Shown: positions 18,958 to 29,963, counted from the first letter of the stretch. The stretch: 61,373 nt of DNA from Candidatus Nomurabacteria bacterium (GCA_943354975.1 CALRDS010000001.1:1-61373), one strand, 5' to 3'. Numbers and translations are program-made. The notes: generated from the letters alone by a model not told the origin.

Positions 18958-19081
18958 AAGTCTTTGTAAATTTGGAGCCAGTTCTAGGCGCGGAGAAACG
19001 AGTGAGGAGACGTACGAAATAGTACGTTAACGAGTGAGAGAGGCTTCGCAACGAAGAAATGGCCCAAATTTACAAAGACTT
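18958..19081. repeat. ERIC-like structured element, copy A
   Basis: 18-bp perfect terminal IR aagtctttgtaaatttgg; core aggcg...gaggagacgtac/gtacgttaacga...gcaacgaag. Confidence 0.85.
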
Positions 19082-19117
19082 ACCAAAAGACAATAAATAT
19101 GGTAAAATGTCTAGTAT

Positions 19118-19870
19118 ATGTCAGAAAAGGTATATTTATACGGCAAACATTCTCTACGTGAAGCCCTTATGGCTATTAAGCGCGAAGATCCTCTAATAAT
19201 TGATAAGATTTATTTAACACAATCTGTCGTTACCGATCCAAAAATAGTTAGTCTTTTGCAAAGTAATAAATTTTCTTATTCTACTGTAACAGCAGACGAA
19301 ATTGATAGCATGGTTGGAAAAGATGCAATTCATCAAGGAGTATGTGCACAAATAAAAGAAAGTACTCTTTATACTCCATTAGATAGGGTTTTACAAAAAG
19401 CAAAAAATAAATCTGCTAATTCTCTTTTTGTACTTATGGATGAACTTCAAGACTCACATAATGTCGGCGCCATAATCAGAAGTGCGGTAGCATTCGGAGC
19501 AGATGCAGTTCTCATACCCGAACACAATCAAACCCAAATAACAGCGACAGTTATAAAAACTTCTTCAGGAATGGCTTTTGCTATACCAATAGTAAGAATT
19601 GGAAATATAAATACGACTCTAACTAAACTAAAAGAAAATGGATTCTGGACTTATGGACTAACTGGTGACGGAGATACTAAATTAGATGAAACAAAGTTCG
19701 ACGCGAACACTGTAATAGTGGTCGGTGGAGAAGGTGTAGGAATTCGTGCGAAGACACTTGAGCTATGCGACTTTAAACTTTCAATAAAGATCAACTCACT
19801 TTGTGAATCGCTGAATGCGTCAAATGCAGCCGCCGTGACTCTTTACGAATGGAATAAGCAAAATAACTAA
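19118..19870 (+). CDS. rlmB: 23S rRNA Gm2251 methyltransferase (TrmH family)
   Basis: YGKH...EAL, HQGV, D.HNVGAIIRSA, GGEG.GI, ESLNAS.A. Confidence 0.95.
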   Translation: MSEKVYLYGKHSLREALMAIKREDPLIIDKIYLTQSVVTDPKIVSLLQSNKFSYSTVTADEIDSMVGKDAIHQGVCAQIKESTLYTPLDRVLQKAKNKSANSLFVLMDELQDSHNVGAIIRSAVAFGADAVLIPEHNQTQITATVIKTSSGMAFAIPIVRIGNINTTLTKLKENGFWTYGLTGDGDTKLDETKFDANTVIVVGGEGVGIRAKTLELCDFKLSIKINSLCESLNASNAAAVTLYEWNKQNN

Positions 19871-21130
19871 ATGAAACCACCAATTCAAAAAAATGAAATA
19901 TGGGATGTTGTTGTAATTGGTGGAGGTCCCGCCGGTATGATGGCTGCTGGTCGTGCAGGGGAACGTGGAAAGAGAGTTTTGTTACTTGAAAAAAACCCCG
20001 AACTAGGAAAGAAACTTTTAATAACTGGGGGAGGCAGGTGTAATGTTACTAATAACAAACGTGATAATAGAATAATGTTGGCAAAATATAAAGGAAATGA
20101 CCAATACCTTTTTTCTGCATTTGCTCAATGGAATGTAAAAAGTACTATAGAATTTTTCAATAAAAGAGGGATGGAAACAAAAGAGGAAAACGAGGGTAGA
20201 ATATTCCCAGTATCTAATACAGCTCAATCTGTCTGGGATGTTTTACATAAATATATGAAAGAAGGAAATGTAAAAATAGAGAATAATAAAACAGTGTCTG
20301 GGATATCTGAAAGTAAAGATGCTACGCATTTAGTTATAAAGGTAAAAGGTGGAGAAAATATTTTTGCAAAATCATGCATATTAGCAACTGGTGGAACCTC
20401 ACGCCCAGAGACAGGATCTACGGGTGACGGATTTAGATGGTTACAAAAATTAGGTCACACTGTAATAGAAAATGAACCATCTTTAGTGCCAATAGCACTT
20501 AAAGATTTATGGACTAAGAAAATAAGTGGGCTAACACTAAATGATATAAAATTAACAACTTTTCAAAATGAACAAAAACAAGAGGCCCATAAGGGGAAGG
20601 TTCTTTTTACACATTTTGGTATATCCGGTCCGACAGTTTTAAATATGAGCAAAGAAGTTGGAGAGCTTTTGAAATATGGTGATACAAATATTGTGCTTGA
20701 TTTGTTCCCGCATCTTGATTATCCAGAATTAAAGTCTCAACTACAAAGAATACTAATAGAAGAGAGTAATAAAAAAATAAAAAATGCTTTAGGGAGACTT
20801 ATTCCAACTTCACTTGTTTCTTCAATACTAGAGCTTGCTGAAATTAGCGGAGAAACATTTAATCATAGTGTAAAAAGTGAAGATAGAATAAAATTAGTAA
20901 ACACTATGAAAGTAATTACGCTTCATGTAAAAGCACTACTTGGTGTAAATAAAGCGGTTGTATCTTCGGGAGGAGTAGTTCTTAAGGAGGTAAACTTTAA
21001 GAATATGCGGTCACGAAAATTAAAACATTTATATATTGTTGGAGATGTGCTAAATATTGATAGACCCTCAGGTGGTTATAGTCTTCAATTATGTTGGACT
21101 ACTGGATATGTAGCAGGCAATAATGTTTAA
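19871..21130 (+). CDS. HI0933/YhiN-family flavoprotein
   Basis: GGGPAGMMAA, GKKLLITGGGRCNVTN, LFTHFGISGP, GGYSLQ. Confidence 0.95.
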   Translation: MKPPIQKNEIWDVVVIGGGPAGMMAAGRAGERGKRVLLLEKNPELGKKLLITGGGRCNVTNNKRDNRIMLAKYKGNDQYLFSAFAQWNVKSTIEFFNKRGMETKEENEGRIFPVSNTAQSVWDVLHKYMKEGNVKIENNKTVSGISESKDATHLVIKVKGGENIFAKSCILATGGTSRPETGSTGDGFRWLQKLGHTVIENEPSLVPIALKDLWTKKISGLTLNDIKLTTFQNEQKQEAHKGKVLFTHFGISGPTVLNMSKEVGELLKYGDTNIVLDLFPHLDYPELKSQLQRILIEESNKKIKNALGRLIPTSLVSSILELAEISGETFNHSVKSEDRIKLVNTMKVITLHVKALLGVNKAVVSSGGVVLKEVNFKNMRSRKLKHLYIVGDVLNIDRPSGGYSLQLCWTTGYVAGNNV

Positions 21131-21145
21131 CAGTATAATGTATAT

Positions 21146-21787
21146 ATGAATAATATTGGTGGAACCCCGAAAATTCCAGTATCAAAACCTACCCCATGGG
21201 AGAAATTTTATGAGCAAACTGAAGGACATCAGCCTTGGGCACATACCATTAAATCTATAGAACTGGCCCCGGATAAAGACCTAGCAATTGATATTGGTGC
21301 CGGTGCACTTAATGAGTCAAAATATGCTCTTGAAAAAGGGTTCAAGCAAGTTATAGCAATAGATACTTCAAAAAAATTTGTAGAACGTGCTGAACAATTA
21401 GCTTCTTTAGATAAACGATTCGAATGGCACAACATAAAGGCATCAGAGTTTCCAATGTTCCCTGAAAGTATTTCTTACGTAGTCGCGACTAATTCATTTT
21501 CTTTTATGACAAAAGATGAAGTGAAAATAGTCTGGCAAAACATTCGCGAAGGATTAAAAAGCGGGGGGATACTTGCTTGTACTTTTTTTGGAGTTAAAGA
21601 TCAATTTAATATGCCAGAAGATGGGCACACGAGAACTTTTTATACAAGAGAAGAAATCAATGAATTTATAAAAGACTACGAAGTTATTGAAAATACTGAA
21701 CTAAATGGCAATACAGAAAATGTCAAATCTGCTGATGGCACAAAGAAACGCTGGCATATGTTTACTTTAATTTTGAGAAAAAAGTAA
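21146..21787 (+). CDS. Class I SAM-dependent methyltransferase
   Basis: AIDIGAG motif I, VIAID, LKSGG. Confidence 0.88.
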   Translation: MNNIGGTPKIPVSKPTPWEKFYEQTEGHQPWAHTIKSIELAPDKDLAIDIGAGALNESKYALEKGFKQVIAIDTSKKFVERAEQLASLDKRFEWHNIKASEFPMFPESISYVVATNSFSFMTKDEVKIVWQNIREGLKSGGILACTFFGVKDQFNMPEDGHTRTFYTREEINEFIKDYEVIENTELNGNTENVKSADGTKKRWHMFTLILRKK

Positions 21788-22256
21788 TTCTACTTTCTTA
21801 TTTAATATCAGTTACTTACTATAGAAGTCATACTACTAAGAATACCACGTGAAAGCAACTGTAAATTAGGGGGGTTAATTTACAATTTAATCCCAAGATT
21901 TTGCATAGGGGAATAAATAGCACAGATTATAGAGTGCGTGCGGGATTAATGCATTGGTCTATATGTTATGCATATATAAGGAATAGAGGGGCTTTGCTAT
22001 ATATGGTCAATGTCGCACAATATATCTTTTACGACGATAAACCGCTATCCACACTTAGGGGTTTCAAACTACGGTGTCAAGACCTGTGTCAATGGTACTT
22101 AGAAATATAATCCACACAACTGTCACTCTTTAACCTTTAATATCTTTTTATAAAATAGCCGGTGTATTAATAAAAGAAATTGCAAATAAAAAATCATCTT
22201 AAATTAACTAGAAAATATTATAAAACACTAGAAAGATACCCCTCTGTACTCCCCTA

Positions 22257-22355
22257 TTATTTAATTGCAAAAATACCCCAAACTCCAACTATCACACCCA
22301 CAACAAAAGCGGCAAATAAAATTAAGACAAACGCGGCGGTAGTAAATGTAATCAT
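22257..22355 (-). CDS. Small single-TM protein MITFTTAAFVLILFAAFVVGVIVGVWGIFAIK (not in ORF track)
   Basis: 32 hydrophobic codons; TATACT 6 nt before ATG. Confidence 0.6.
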   Translation of the reverse strand: MITFTTAAFVLILFAAFVVGVIVGVWGIFAIK

Positions 22356-22377
22356 AATAGAAGTATATCAAAATTAA

Positions 22378-23676
22378 TTATAAGTAAGATAGAGGGTTAA
22401 GATATCCTTCACGTGGTGCTAATGGAAGTATCATATAAGTTCTACATATTTTACTTTTGTATTCCGTTGGTCTTGATATATGAACTGCTTCTGTTGCGTA
22501 AACAGTAAAGTGAAGATGTGGCCCTGTAGAGTACCCAGTGTTACCCGAAAGCCCAATTTTTTGTCCAGAAGTAACAGATTGACCCGAAGATACCTGAACC
22601 ACCGAAAGATGAGCATAAAGAGTACTCAACCCATTTGAATGTTTTATAAGGACCCATTTACCATAAGACACGCCGTTACATACAGTGTCTGTATTTCCTG
22701 TACCAGTTACTGTACCTCCGCCAGCAGACAATATAGGAGTCCCAACATTAACCGCAAAGTCTACCCCATTGTGACCAGCGCCATTATAGACTTGAGGATT
22801 TTTACTAGCAAAAGGAGTATTACCGAAATATTGAGTTATCTTTACATTTCCAACAGGATATTTAAGAACTCCTTTTCCAGATTTAGGGAGTTTACTCAAA
22901 TCAACTGCGATTTTAATTTTATCTTCAACTCCAAGGACTTCTTCTTCCAGAGCATTCTTTTTTTCTAATCTATCTGCAAGTAACTTTTGGTATTCGCTTT
23001 CTTTATTTTTTGTTTGTACGAGAAGATTGCTCTTATCTTTTGTAGACTGCTCGACTAATATTTTCTTATCACTTAATGTAGAGGTTAATTTCTCAAGTGT
23101 CTTTTTATTAAATTCAAAATTTTCTTTCTGATCACTTAACTCCTTCTTTGTTATGGAAAGTACTCGAACCTTTATGTTTATTGCTTTTGATGTATCCGTA
23201 TTCCTTTTAAGGGTATCAATAACATCTGAAAAATGAGAACCTGGCTTAAGAACCTGTATGAACAAAGGCACATTTGTGTCTAGATATACAATAGAGCGCA
23301 ATGTTTCAGCTAAGGCTTTTTTATTTTTTGTAAGAATACTTTCTGTAACACTAATTTTCCCTTGTGTAATGCCGATGTTATGAACTGTTTGCTTTATTCT
23401 TAATTTTGTTTTATCAATTTCTTTAATAAGCAAAGCTTTATTAAGTTCGAGTTTCGCCAATGCTGCTTTTAAAGTTTTTGCTTCTCCTTGAGTCTGACTG
23501 ATTTTTGTATTGTATAATCCTATTTCTCTGTCTAAATCATCGATTTTAGTCGACAGCGCATCCAAGTCTGCTTGTAGATCGCTCATCTCATCAGCCTGTA
23601 CTACTACACTATGTAGAAAAATAGAGATTAATATAATAACCAGAATACTTATTTTTTTAAAAGAGCTAGGAGACAT
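22378..23676 (-). CDS. Coiled-coil M23 peptidase (EnvC/NlpD-like)
   Basis: Signal peptide, long coiled coil, HNGVD, LYAHL, STGPHLHF. Confidence 0.93.
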   Translation of the reverse strand: MSPSSFKKISILVIILISIFLHSVVVQADEMSDLQADLDALSTKIDDLDREIGLYNTKISQTQGEAKTLKAALAKLELNKALLIKEIDKTKLRIKQTVHNIGITQGKISVTESILTKNKKALAETLRSIVYLDTNVPLFIQVLKPGSHFSDVIDTLKRNTDTSKAINIKVRVLSITKKELSDQKENFEFNKKTLEKLTSTLSDKKILVEQSTKDKSNLLVQTKNKESEYQKLLADRLEKKNALEEEVLGVEDKIKIAVDLSKLPKSGKGVLKYPVGNVKITQYFGNTPFASKNPQVYNGAGHNGVDFAVNVGTPILSAGGGTVTGTGNTDTVCNGVSYGKWVLIKHSNGLSTLYAHLSVVQVSSGQSVTSGQKIGLSGNTGYSTGPHLHFTVYATEAVHISRPTEYKSKICRTYMILPLAPREGYLNPLSYL

Positions 23677-23687
23677 TTATATTTATA

Positions 23688-25124
23688 TTACGAATCTAGT
23701 ACGCTACAAGCACTATCTATACGATTAATAGCTTCATCTCTACCTAAAACATAGCAAATAGTAAACGGGTCTACTGATTTTTCTTGCCCAGATAATGACA
23801 TACGTAGTGGCCATAATACATTTCCTTTACCATTACTTTCGGCATACGGCATTATAGATTCTTTTATAGATTCAGATGATAAGAAATCAGCTTTAGAAAG
23901 TATTTCTTTTACGGCCTGTAGATGACTAAGTGCCTCTTCCTTTGATGAATCCTTCCAGAGAATTTTCTCAACGTCTAACTTAGGGGTATTTATAAAGAAA
24001 CGAAATTCAATAGGTTCAATGGAATTTAGTTGTCCGTAATTAGAAATACGATCAATAACAGTAGGTAACAATCTATTTAATAAATCATCTGGATAGTCTT
24101 TCATAAATGGTTTAACTGACTGAGATTGTATTTCTTTAGACTGCTTACGAATATGTTCCTTATTTATCCATAAAAGTTTTTCTTCGTTGAACATGGCGCC
24201 GGCTTTATGTATATGAGAAATATCGAACAATTCAATAAATTCCTCTTTTGAGAAAATCTCTTTCTCTCCTCCTGGGTTCCATCCCATTAAAACTAAAAAA
24301 TTAAGCATGGCTTCCGGTAAGAATCCTTCTTCTCTATAATCTAAAATATCTTTAGCTCCATCTCTCTTACCAAGTTTCTTTGTCCCCTCTTCACCCAAAA
24401 TCGGAGGAAGCGTCACAAATATCGGTGGAGTAATCTCAAGCGCATCATATAAAGATAAATACTTTGGCACAGAAGCGATGAATTCATCTGCTCTAACTAT
24501 ATGAGTTACTCCCATCTCTAAATCATCAATAATGTGAGCAAAATTATACGTTGGATAACCATCACTTTTTATTAAAATAAAATCATCCAGTGCTTCTTCT
24601 CCTGCTGATAGTTCACCTCGAACATCATCATTCCACGTATAAGATTTCACAACTGGAACTTTAAGTCGAAGTGGTTTTGTGCCATCCCACACACCGAAAC
24701 TCTCTGGTCTATGTTCACGATATAAAAATGCACGCTTCTCTTCCTCTGCTTTTTTACGAAATACTTTAACTTCATCTTCTGTATATGGATCTGGGTAAGC
24801 AAGGCCTTTCTCAATTAAAATATTTGCATATTTTTTGTAATGAGAAAGTCTTTGTGATTGTACGTATGGAGCATTTGGACCACCAATATCTATTCCTTCA
24901 TCCCACTCTATTCCAAGCCATTTCAAGGATTCTATAATATGAGCAATACTACCTTCTACTTCTCGTGCTTTGTCTGTATCCTCAATTCTAAGAATAAATT
25001 TGCCTTCATTTTTTCTAGCTAGTGCCCAAGCATACAATGCGGTGCGAACTCCACCGACATGAATAAATCCTGTTGGACTTGGTGCAAAACGTGTTACGAT
25101 TTTCTTTTCTATTTGTGTGGACAT
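23688..25124 (-). CDS. gltX: Glutamate--tRNA ligase
   Basis: RFAPSPTG.IHVG, LRIEDTD, KLGKR. Confidence 0.98.
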   Translation of the reverse strand: MSTQIEKKIVTRFAPSPTGFIHVGGVRTALYAWALARKNEGKFILRIEDTDKAREVEGSIAHIIESLKWLGIEWDEGIDIGGPNAPYVQSQRLSHYKKYANILIEKGLAYPDPYTEDEVKVFRKKAEEEKRAFLYREHRPESFGVWDGTKPLRLKVPVVKSYTWNDDVRGELSAGEEALDDFILIKSDGYPTYNFAHIIDDLEMGVTHIVRADEFIASVPKYLSLYDALEITPPIFVTLPPILGEEGTKKLGKRDGAKDILDYREEGFLPEAMLNFLVLMGWNPGGEKEIFSKEEFIELFDISHIHKAGAMFNEEKLLWINKEHIRKQSKEIQSQSVKPFMKDYPDDLLNRLLPTVIDRISNYGQLNSIEPIEFRFFINTPKLDVEKILWKDSSKEEALSHLQAVKEILSKADFLSSESIKESIMPYAESNGKGNVLWPLRMSLSGQEKSVDPFTICYVLGRDEAINRIDSACSVLDS

Positions 25125-25163
25125 ACTTACTTATATAACAAGTGAACTAACTCTTGCGTGACT

Positions 25164-26270
25164 TTATGTGTGGCTTAAACCTATTCTTATAAGCTCTCTA
25201 GCAATAACATCCGCGGCTGTTCTTGAATTTTCAAATTGAATACAAGACTCTGACATCTTCGCATAATTTTCTTTGTTTTCCATTATGCTTTTTATAGCTG
25301 AAAGCAGAGTCGCCTTACCTAGATTGTTTTCTTCTATAACAACGGCAGTCCCTCGACTAGCCATAGCATAAGCATTTGTTCTCTGATCTCTACTTATAGT
25401 TTCAGGAATAGGTATAACTAGCATCGGGAGTTGCCATAAAGCCATTTCAAAAAGTGTTGAACCCGCTCGTGTAATAGTCATATCTACTTTTGAATAAAAT
25501 ATTGAAACATCTATGAATCCATCCATAAAGTAATGATCTTTATACGGATGATTTTTTAATATTGAGTCCGTTATTTTCTTCATGTCCTCTTTGTTTGCGA
25601 CACCCACTTGATGAACAATGTCATAAACACTTAAAAGTTCTGGTAAAACTAAGAGGATAGATTCATTTATTGCTTTACTTCCTTGAGATCCACCGATAAT
25701 CATTATGACATTGCGATCCTTAGCCGGTGGATTACGAACATAGTTACTCGGAGGAATTATTATATCTCTTATAGGTTGACCGATGAGCGCTGTTCTGTCT
25801 CTTGGATAAAATGAAGCTGCTTCTGGATATGCTATAGCTACTTTTTTAGCAAATCCTCCGGCCCATTTGGTTGTACGTCCCGGAACAGTATCACTTTCGT
25901 GTACCACTACAGGAATAGCCAGGATTCTCGCTGCAAATAGTGTAGGGAAACTCGCATAACCACCTTTTGCAAAAACTACATCAGGATAAATAGAATAGAG
26001 TTTTATTATTGCAAAGAAACACCCCGCTATTGTCTTAAATATATCTAAAAATGTTTGGAAAGACGGATACACACGAAGTTTTCCAGCTGGAATATAAACA
26101 AACTTTATTTGAGACTCAAAAAGTAAAGTTTCATTATACGGTTGATCTGAAAAAAAATATAAATCCGGCTGTACAATCTTCTGCGTAAAGACTTCTTTCC
26201 TTATTCTTTCTGCAACGGCAATAAGCGGATAAAAGTGTCCTCCTCCTGCTCCGGTAAAAGCTATTTTCAT
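25164..26270 (-). CDS. murG: MurG glycosyltransferase
   Basis: GGGHFYP, KGGYAS, HESD..PG, GGSQG, RAG. Confidence 0.95.
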   Translation of the reverse strand: MKIAFTGAGGGHFYPLIAVAERIRKEVFTQKIVQPDLYFFSDQPYNETLLFESQIKFVYIPAGKLRVYPSFQTFLDIFKTIAGCFFAIIKLYSIYPDVVFAKGGYASFPTLFAARILAIPVVVHESDTVPGRTTKWAGGFAKKVAIAYPEAASFYPRDRTALIGQPIRDIIIPPSNYVRNPPAKDRNVIMIIGGSQGSKAINESILLVLPELLSVYDIVHQVGVANKEDMKKITDSILKNHPYKDHYFMDGFIDVSIFYSKVDMTITRAGSTLFEMALWQLPMLVIPIPETISRDQRTNAYAMASRGTAVVIEENNLGKATLLSAIKSIMENKENYAKMSESCIQFENSRTAADVIARELIRIGLSHT

Positions 26271-27367
26271 ACGTAATTGTATATAGATTTAGATATGTTA
26301 AGAAGGACTCCTAATTCAAACATCGCTGCCATAAGAGCAGTTCCTCCATGAGAAACAAGTGGAAGAGGAACTCCTGTTAACGGAAGAACCCCTAACATTG
26401 AACCAATGTTAAGCGTGGCTTGCGTTAGTATAATTGCCGTTATGCCTATCGCTAAAAGTCGACCAAATTGGTCTGGGGAATACTTCGAGATGTTATATCC
26501 CCGTACACCTACTATAACATACAGAGTAAGGATAAAAAGAACCCCGAGAAAGCCCAGCTCCTCTCCTATAACAGCAAAAATTGAATCCCCTATCGGTTCT
26601 GGTAAATAGTTGAACTTCTGAACACTTTGGCCCAATCCCCTCCCAGTAATACCACCACCACCTAAAGCAATTAAAGATTGGTTAAGTTGCCACGAAGAAC
26701 CTCTTGGGTCATGGGTATTATTAACAAAAGTTTTTATACGTTCCAACATATACGGACGAAAGGTTACTAAAAGTGCAATGCCGCACAGTGCGATTACGGC
26801 TAAAGAAATTATATGATTTTTTCTGGCTCCCCCTACGAAATAAGTTATAGCCGACGCAGTCATAATAACTATATATGTTCCAAAATCAGGTTGTAGTAAA
26901 AGTATCACTGAAATAATTCCGGCAGATACTATGTACGCAAGTACTCCATATCTCCAGTCTTTAAAATAATTACGGTATTTTGAACACCAGAAAGCAACAG
27001 CTAGAACAAAAGTAAACTTAAGTAATTCACTTGGTTGAAAAGATATTGGGCCCAAATCTATCCATCTATGAGCTCCACCATGATACTGGGATAAGCTAGG
27101 AACAAAAACAAGTGCAGTCACCACAGTAGCTATTCCAAAAAAAATAAAAGCGTATTTTTTATACCATCTATACGGAATAAAAGCCCCTACACAAAGCGCA
27201 AAGGTACCTCCGATTAATGCATATATTAATTGTGTTTCTATTATTGAATAAAATTTTGCTTCGTTCACCGCAAGAACACCCAATGCTGCAGAACCAAACA
27301 TAATAAGTCCCGAAATAAGTAAAATAATTATACTGACAAGAAGTGTTTTATCTACTCTTTCAAACAT
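26267..27367 (-). CDS. ftsW: SEDS peptidoglycan polymerase FtsW
   Basis: GAHRWI, FQPSE..K, QPDFGT, LPE...D.IF, TGVPLP.VS.GG; lies between mraY and murG. Confidence 0.92.
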   Translation of the reverse strand: MFERVDKTLLVSIIILLISGLIMFGSAALGVLAVNEAKFYSIIETQLIYALIGGTFALCVGAFIPYRWYKKYAFIFFGIATVVTALVFVPSLSQYHGGAHRWIDLGPISFQPSELLKFTFVLAVAFWCSKYRNYFKDWRYGVLAYIVSAGIISVILLLQPDFGTYIVIMTASAITYFVGGARKNHIISLAVIALCGIALLVTFRPYMLERIKTFVNNTHDPRGSSWQLNQSLIALGGGGITGRGLGQSVQKFNYLPEPIGDSIFAVIGEELGFLGVLFILTLYVIVGVRGYNISKYSPDQFGRLLAIGITAIILTQATLNIGSMLGVLPLTGVPLPLVSHGGTALMAAMFELGVLLNISKSIYNYV

Positions 27368-27370
27368 ATC

Positions 27371-28441
27371 TTAACTGATTAGAACCAAAATAACCCCAAG
27401 CAATGCGCATATGTAAGATACTAACCAATATCTCATAACGATTCTATATCTCGGCCAACCTTTAGCCTCAAAGTGGTGGTGAAGCGGGGCAACCAGTAAT
27501 AATTTTTTCTTAAATACTTTTTTCCAAAATAATTGCAAGATAACTGATGCTGTAGTAACCACGAGAGGAAAAGCAATTATAGGTAAATACATAACCGAGT
27601 CTGTTAAGAAAACAATAACAGAAAGTGCAAGAAGTATAGCCATTATTCCAGTTTCTCCCATCATAAACGATGCTGGAGGAACATTGAACCAAAGAAAAGC
27701 AAGGATAGCTCCGGCAATAACAAAACAAAGCGCTGAAATATCTATTTGATTATTTATAAAAGCGATGGCGCCATATGCGGAGAATACTGAAGAAAATATT
27801 CCGCCAGATAAACCATCTATTCCATCAATGACACTAGTTGAAAACAATGCAACGGTTATCAAAATAAAGAAAGCGACAAATAATATTCCACCTAAGTACA
27901 AATGTCCGTAAAATGGTATAAAAACAGTTACAACTCCAAGTTTTAAATAAAACCACAATCCAGCAAATAAACCCATAGAAGCAACGGCACTTAATCTAAC
28001 TGGGAATGACAAACCTCCGCCCACATAAGTTCCATTACTTTTATTGAAAAATTGAGATACCAGTAAATCATCTATTCCTCCAACCAATGCACCAACTAAC
28101 ATCCCCATAAGCGGTAACCATGTTTGATTACGTGATATAAAATCAAGTTTTTCTGTTACTAGGGTTGGATGTATTTTAGATATTGTCCAAAATAATAACG
28201 CTGTAAAAAATACAGCGAACCAGACAACGATCCCACCCATGCGCAGAAGCTTCTTTTCTTCGTCATTATGAAGACTTGCTGTTATCGTGGCATCAAACCC
28301 ATCAATAGTCTTACCAATATTTTTCTTTTTCCAAATCTTATGGGTCGTTAAAAAACGCACGACTGTTGGTGCGATTAGAATGCCAACCGTGAAAGAAACA
28401 ATAACAGGAAGGAGTACTTTTAGTGGATCAAGCGCGAACAT
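27371..28441 (-). CDS. mraY: Phospho-MurNAc-pentapeptide transferase
   Basis: MGG, GGIDD, DGIDGL, FLWFN..PA, APLHHHFE. Confidence 0.95.
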   Translation of the reverse strand: MFALDPLKVLLPVIVSFTVGILIAPTVVRFLTTHKIWKKKNIGKTIDGFDATITASLHNDEEKKLLRMGGIVVWFAVFFTALLFWTISKIHPTLVTEKLDFISRNQTWLPLMGMLVGALVGGIDDLLVSQFFNKSNGTYVGGGLSFPVRLSAVASMGLFAGLWFYLKLGVVTVFIPFYGHLYLGGILFVAFFILITVALFSTSVIDGIDGLSGGIFSSVFSAYGAIAFINNQIDISALCFVIAGAILAFLWFNVPPASFMMGETGIMAILLALSVIVFLTDSVMYLPIIAFPLVVTTASVILQLFWKKVFKKKLLLVAPLHHHFEAKGWPRYRIVMRYWLVSYICALLGVILVLIS

Positions 28442-28486
28442 TTATCTAGTATAACACCATAAAATATAAGGAAAAAGTGCAAAAAC

Positions 28487-29416
28487 CTACAAATTATCCT
28501 TCAAACTCTCTTGTAATGCGTGATATAGAATTTCAACATCTTTAAACCGTTCTTCGTACGTAGACCCGAGTACAACTATTGCAACTGGATGCCCGAGTGC
28601 AATATCTACCATTATTGCTAAATTACCCCCTGCGCTATCTGTAAATCCAGTTTTTGAGGCTTCAGCTCCTATCATATTCATGATGTCCTGATTAGTATTT
28701 GGGATACCTACGACTTTTCCAGTACTTGCATTAACTGTAGCTCTTGTCTTTGTTGTCGCGTCTAATACCTCTGGAAACCTTTTTCTAGCTATTGAAAATA
28801 ATTTAGCAACTTCAAGAGCTGTCCCCTGGCCCCCTAATTTTTTACCAACATCCACTCCAGAGGGAGAAGTAAAATGTAGTGTTGGTAATCCAAGAAGAGT
28901 TGCGTCCATATTCATTTGAGAAATAAAACTCTCTCTTCCACCTAATCCATCGGCGATTGCATTTGCCCCATCATTTGATGAAAATACAAGTGTGTACTTA
29001 AGCAATTCCCCAAGTGTCCATACCTGACTATTCTTTAATCCTAAATCATATCCACCGTCTATATTTTCTGGTTTTATAGTTATTTTTTTTGTAGAACTAG
29101 CGTGTGTTAGTGCACTAATAGCTGTCATAACTTTTGTAATACTAGCTAATGGCAAAACTTCATTTTCATTTTTAGCAGAAATAATTTGTTTTCCTACTAA
29201 GTCATATACAACATAAGCTTTAGCACGCACGTGAACCCCCTCAAAAGACTTATGTTTATAAAAAACTGGTACTTCTACTTTTTTTTCTTTTGGAGTTATT
29301 ATTCCTAAATGAATAATTTTTGTAGGGGTAGCGACTAAGGAAAGAAGTACGACTGTAAAAACTGCAAAAATATACAGGAAAGAAAGTTCTATATAATCAT
29401 GTTGTGCTTTTTTCAT
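28487..29416 (-). CDS. D-Ala-D-Ala carboxypeptidase (S11)
   Basis: SITK, SSN and KTG motifs; N-terminal TM. Confidence 0.92.
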   Translation of the reverse strand: MKKAQHDYIELSFLYIFAVFTVVLLSLVATPTKIIHLGIITPKEKKVEVPVFYKHKSFEGVHVRAKAYVVYDLVGKQIISAKNENEVLPLASITKVMTAISALTHASSTKKITIKPENIDGGYDLGLKNSQVWTLGELLKYTLVFSSNDGANAIADGLGGRESFISQMNMDATLLGLPTLHFTSPSGVDVGKKLGGQGTALEVAKLFSIARKRFPEVLDATTKTRATVNASTGKVVGIPNTNQDIMNMIGAEASKTGFTDSAGGNLAIMVDIALGHPVAIVVLGSTYEERFKDVEILYHALQESLKDNL

Positions 29417-29423
29417 AGTCTTT

Positions 29424-29963
29424 TTACATTTCCCTAGAGGATAATTTTTCTATTAAAGATGCACGTATTTTTTCATACTCCGGTAATTCTTCTATTTTTG
29501 TAACACCTAAATGTTTTAGTGAATCTGCAGTTATGGAACAATTTTCTCCAGAACGACTGATGAGACCTCGAACCGCTAGGGTTCTTATAGACTGAGAAGA
29601 TTGAACGCCACGAATATAAGATATTTCTTCACGAGTAGGATTTCCTAAATATGCGACCAGTGTTAATACTTGCAATGTCGCTGGTGTCAGTTCTCCTTGA
29701 AGCTCTTCCTTCCAAAAAGAGTTAACCAATTCTGCTTGAGACGCATCTGTGACAATAGATAATCCATCTTTACTTTGTAATAATCCAAGACCGATAGACC
29801 TAAGGGCATTTTCCAGTTCGGGGATAATCGATTCAATTTCTTTTATATTGCAATCTAATATTTTTGCAATAGACAAAAGAGGTGTCGATTCACCAGACAG
29901 AAATAAAACTGTAACAACCTTAGCGAGCATAATGTTATTTATTGTAACACAATGCCATATCAA
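29424..29963 (-). CDS. scpB: SMC-Scp complex subunit ScpB (start may be 29930)
   Basis: LF..GE, L.PATLQVL..VAY..PTR.EI..IRGV. Confidence 0.9.
   Translation of the reverse strand: MIWHCVTINNIMLAKVVTVLFLSGESTPLLSIAKILDCNIKEIESIIPELENALRSIGLGLLQSKDGLSIVTDASQAELVNSFWKEELQGELTPATLQVLTLVAYLGNPTREEISYIRGVQSSQSIRTLAVRGLISRSGENCSITADSLKHLGVTKIEELPEYEKIRASLIEKLSSREM

Noticed and set aside
21845..22130. Replication origin
   Set aside because: Only two imperfect DnaA-like boxes, and no dnaA or dnaN nearby.
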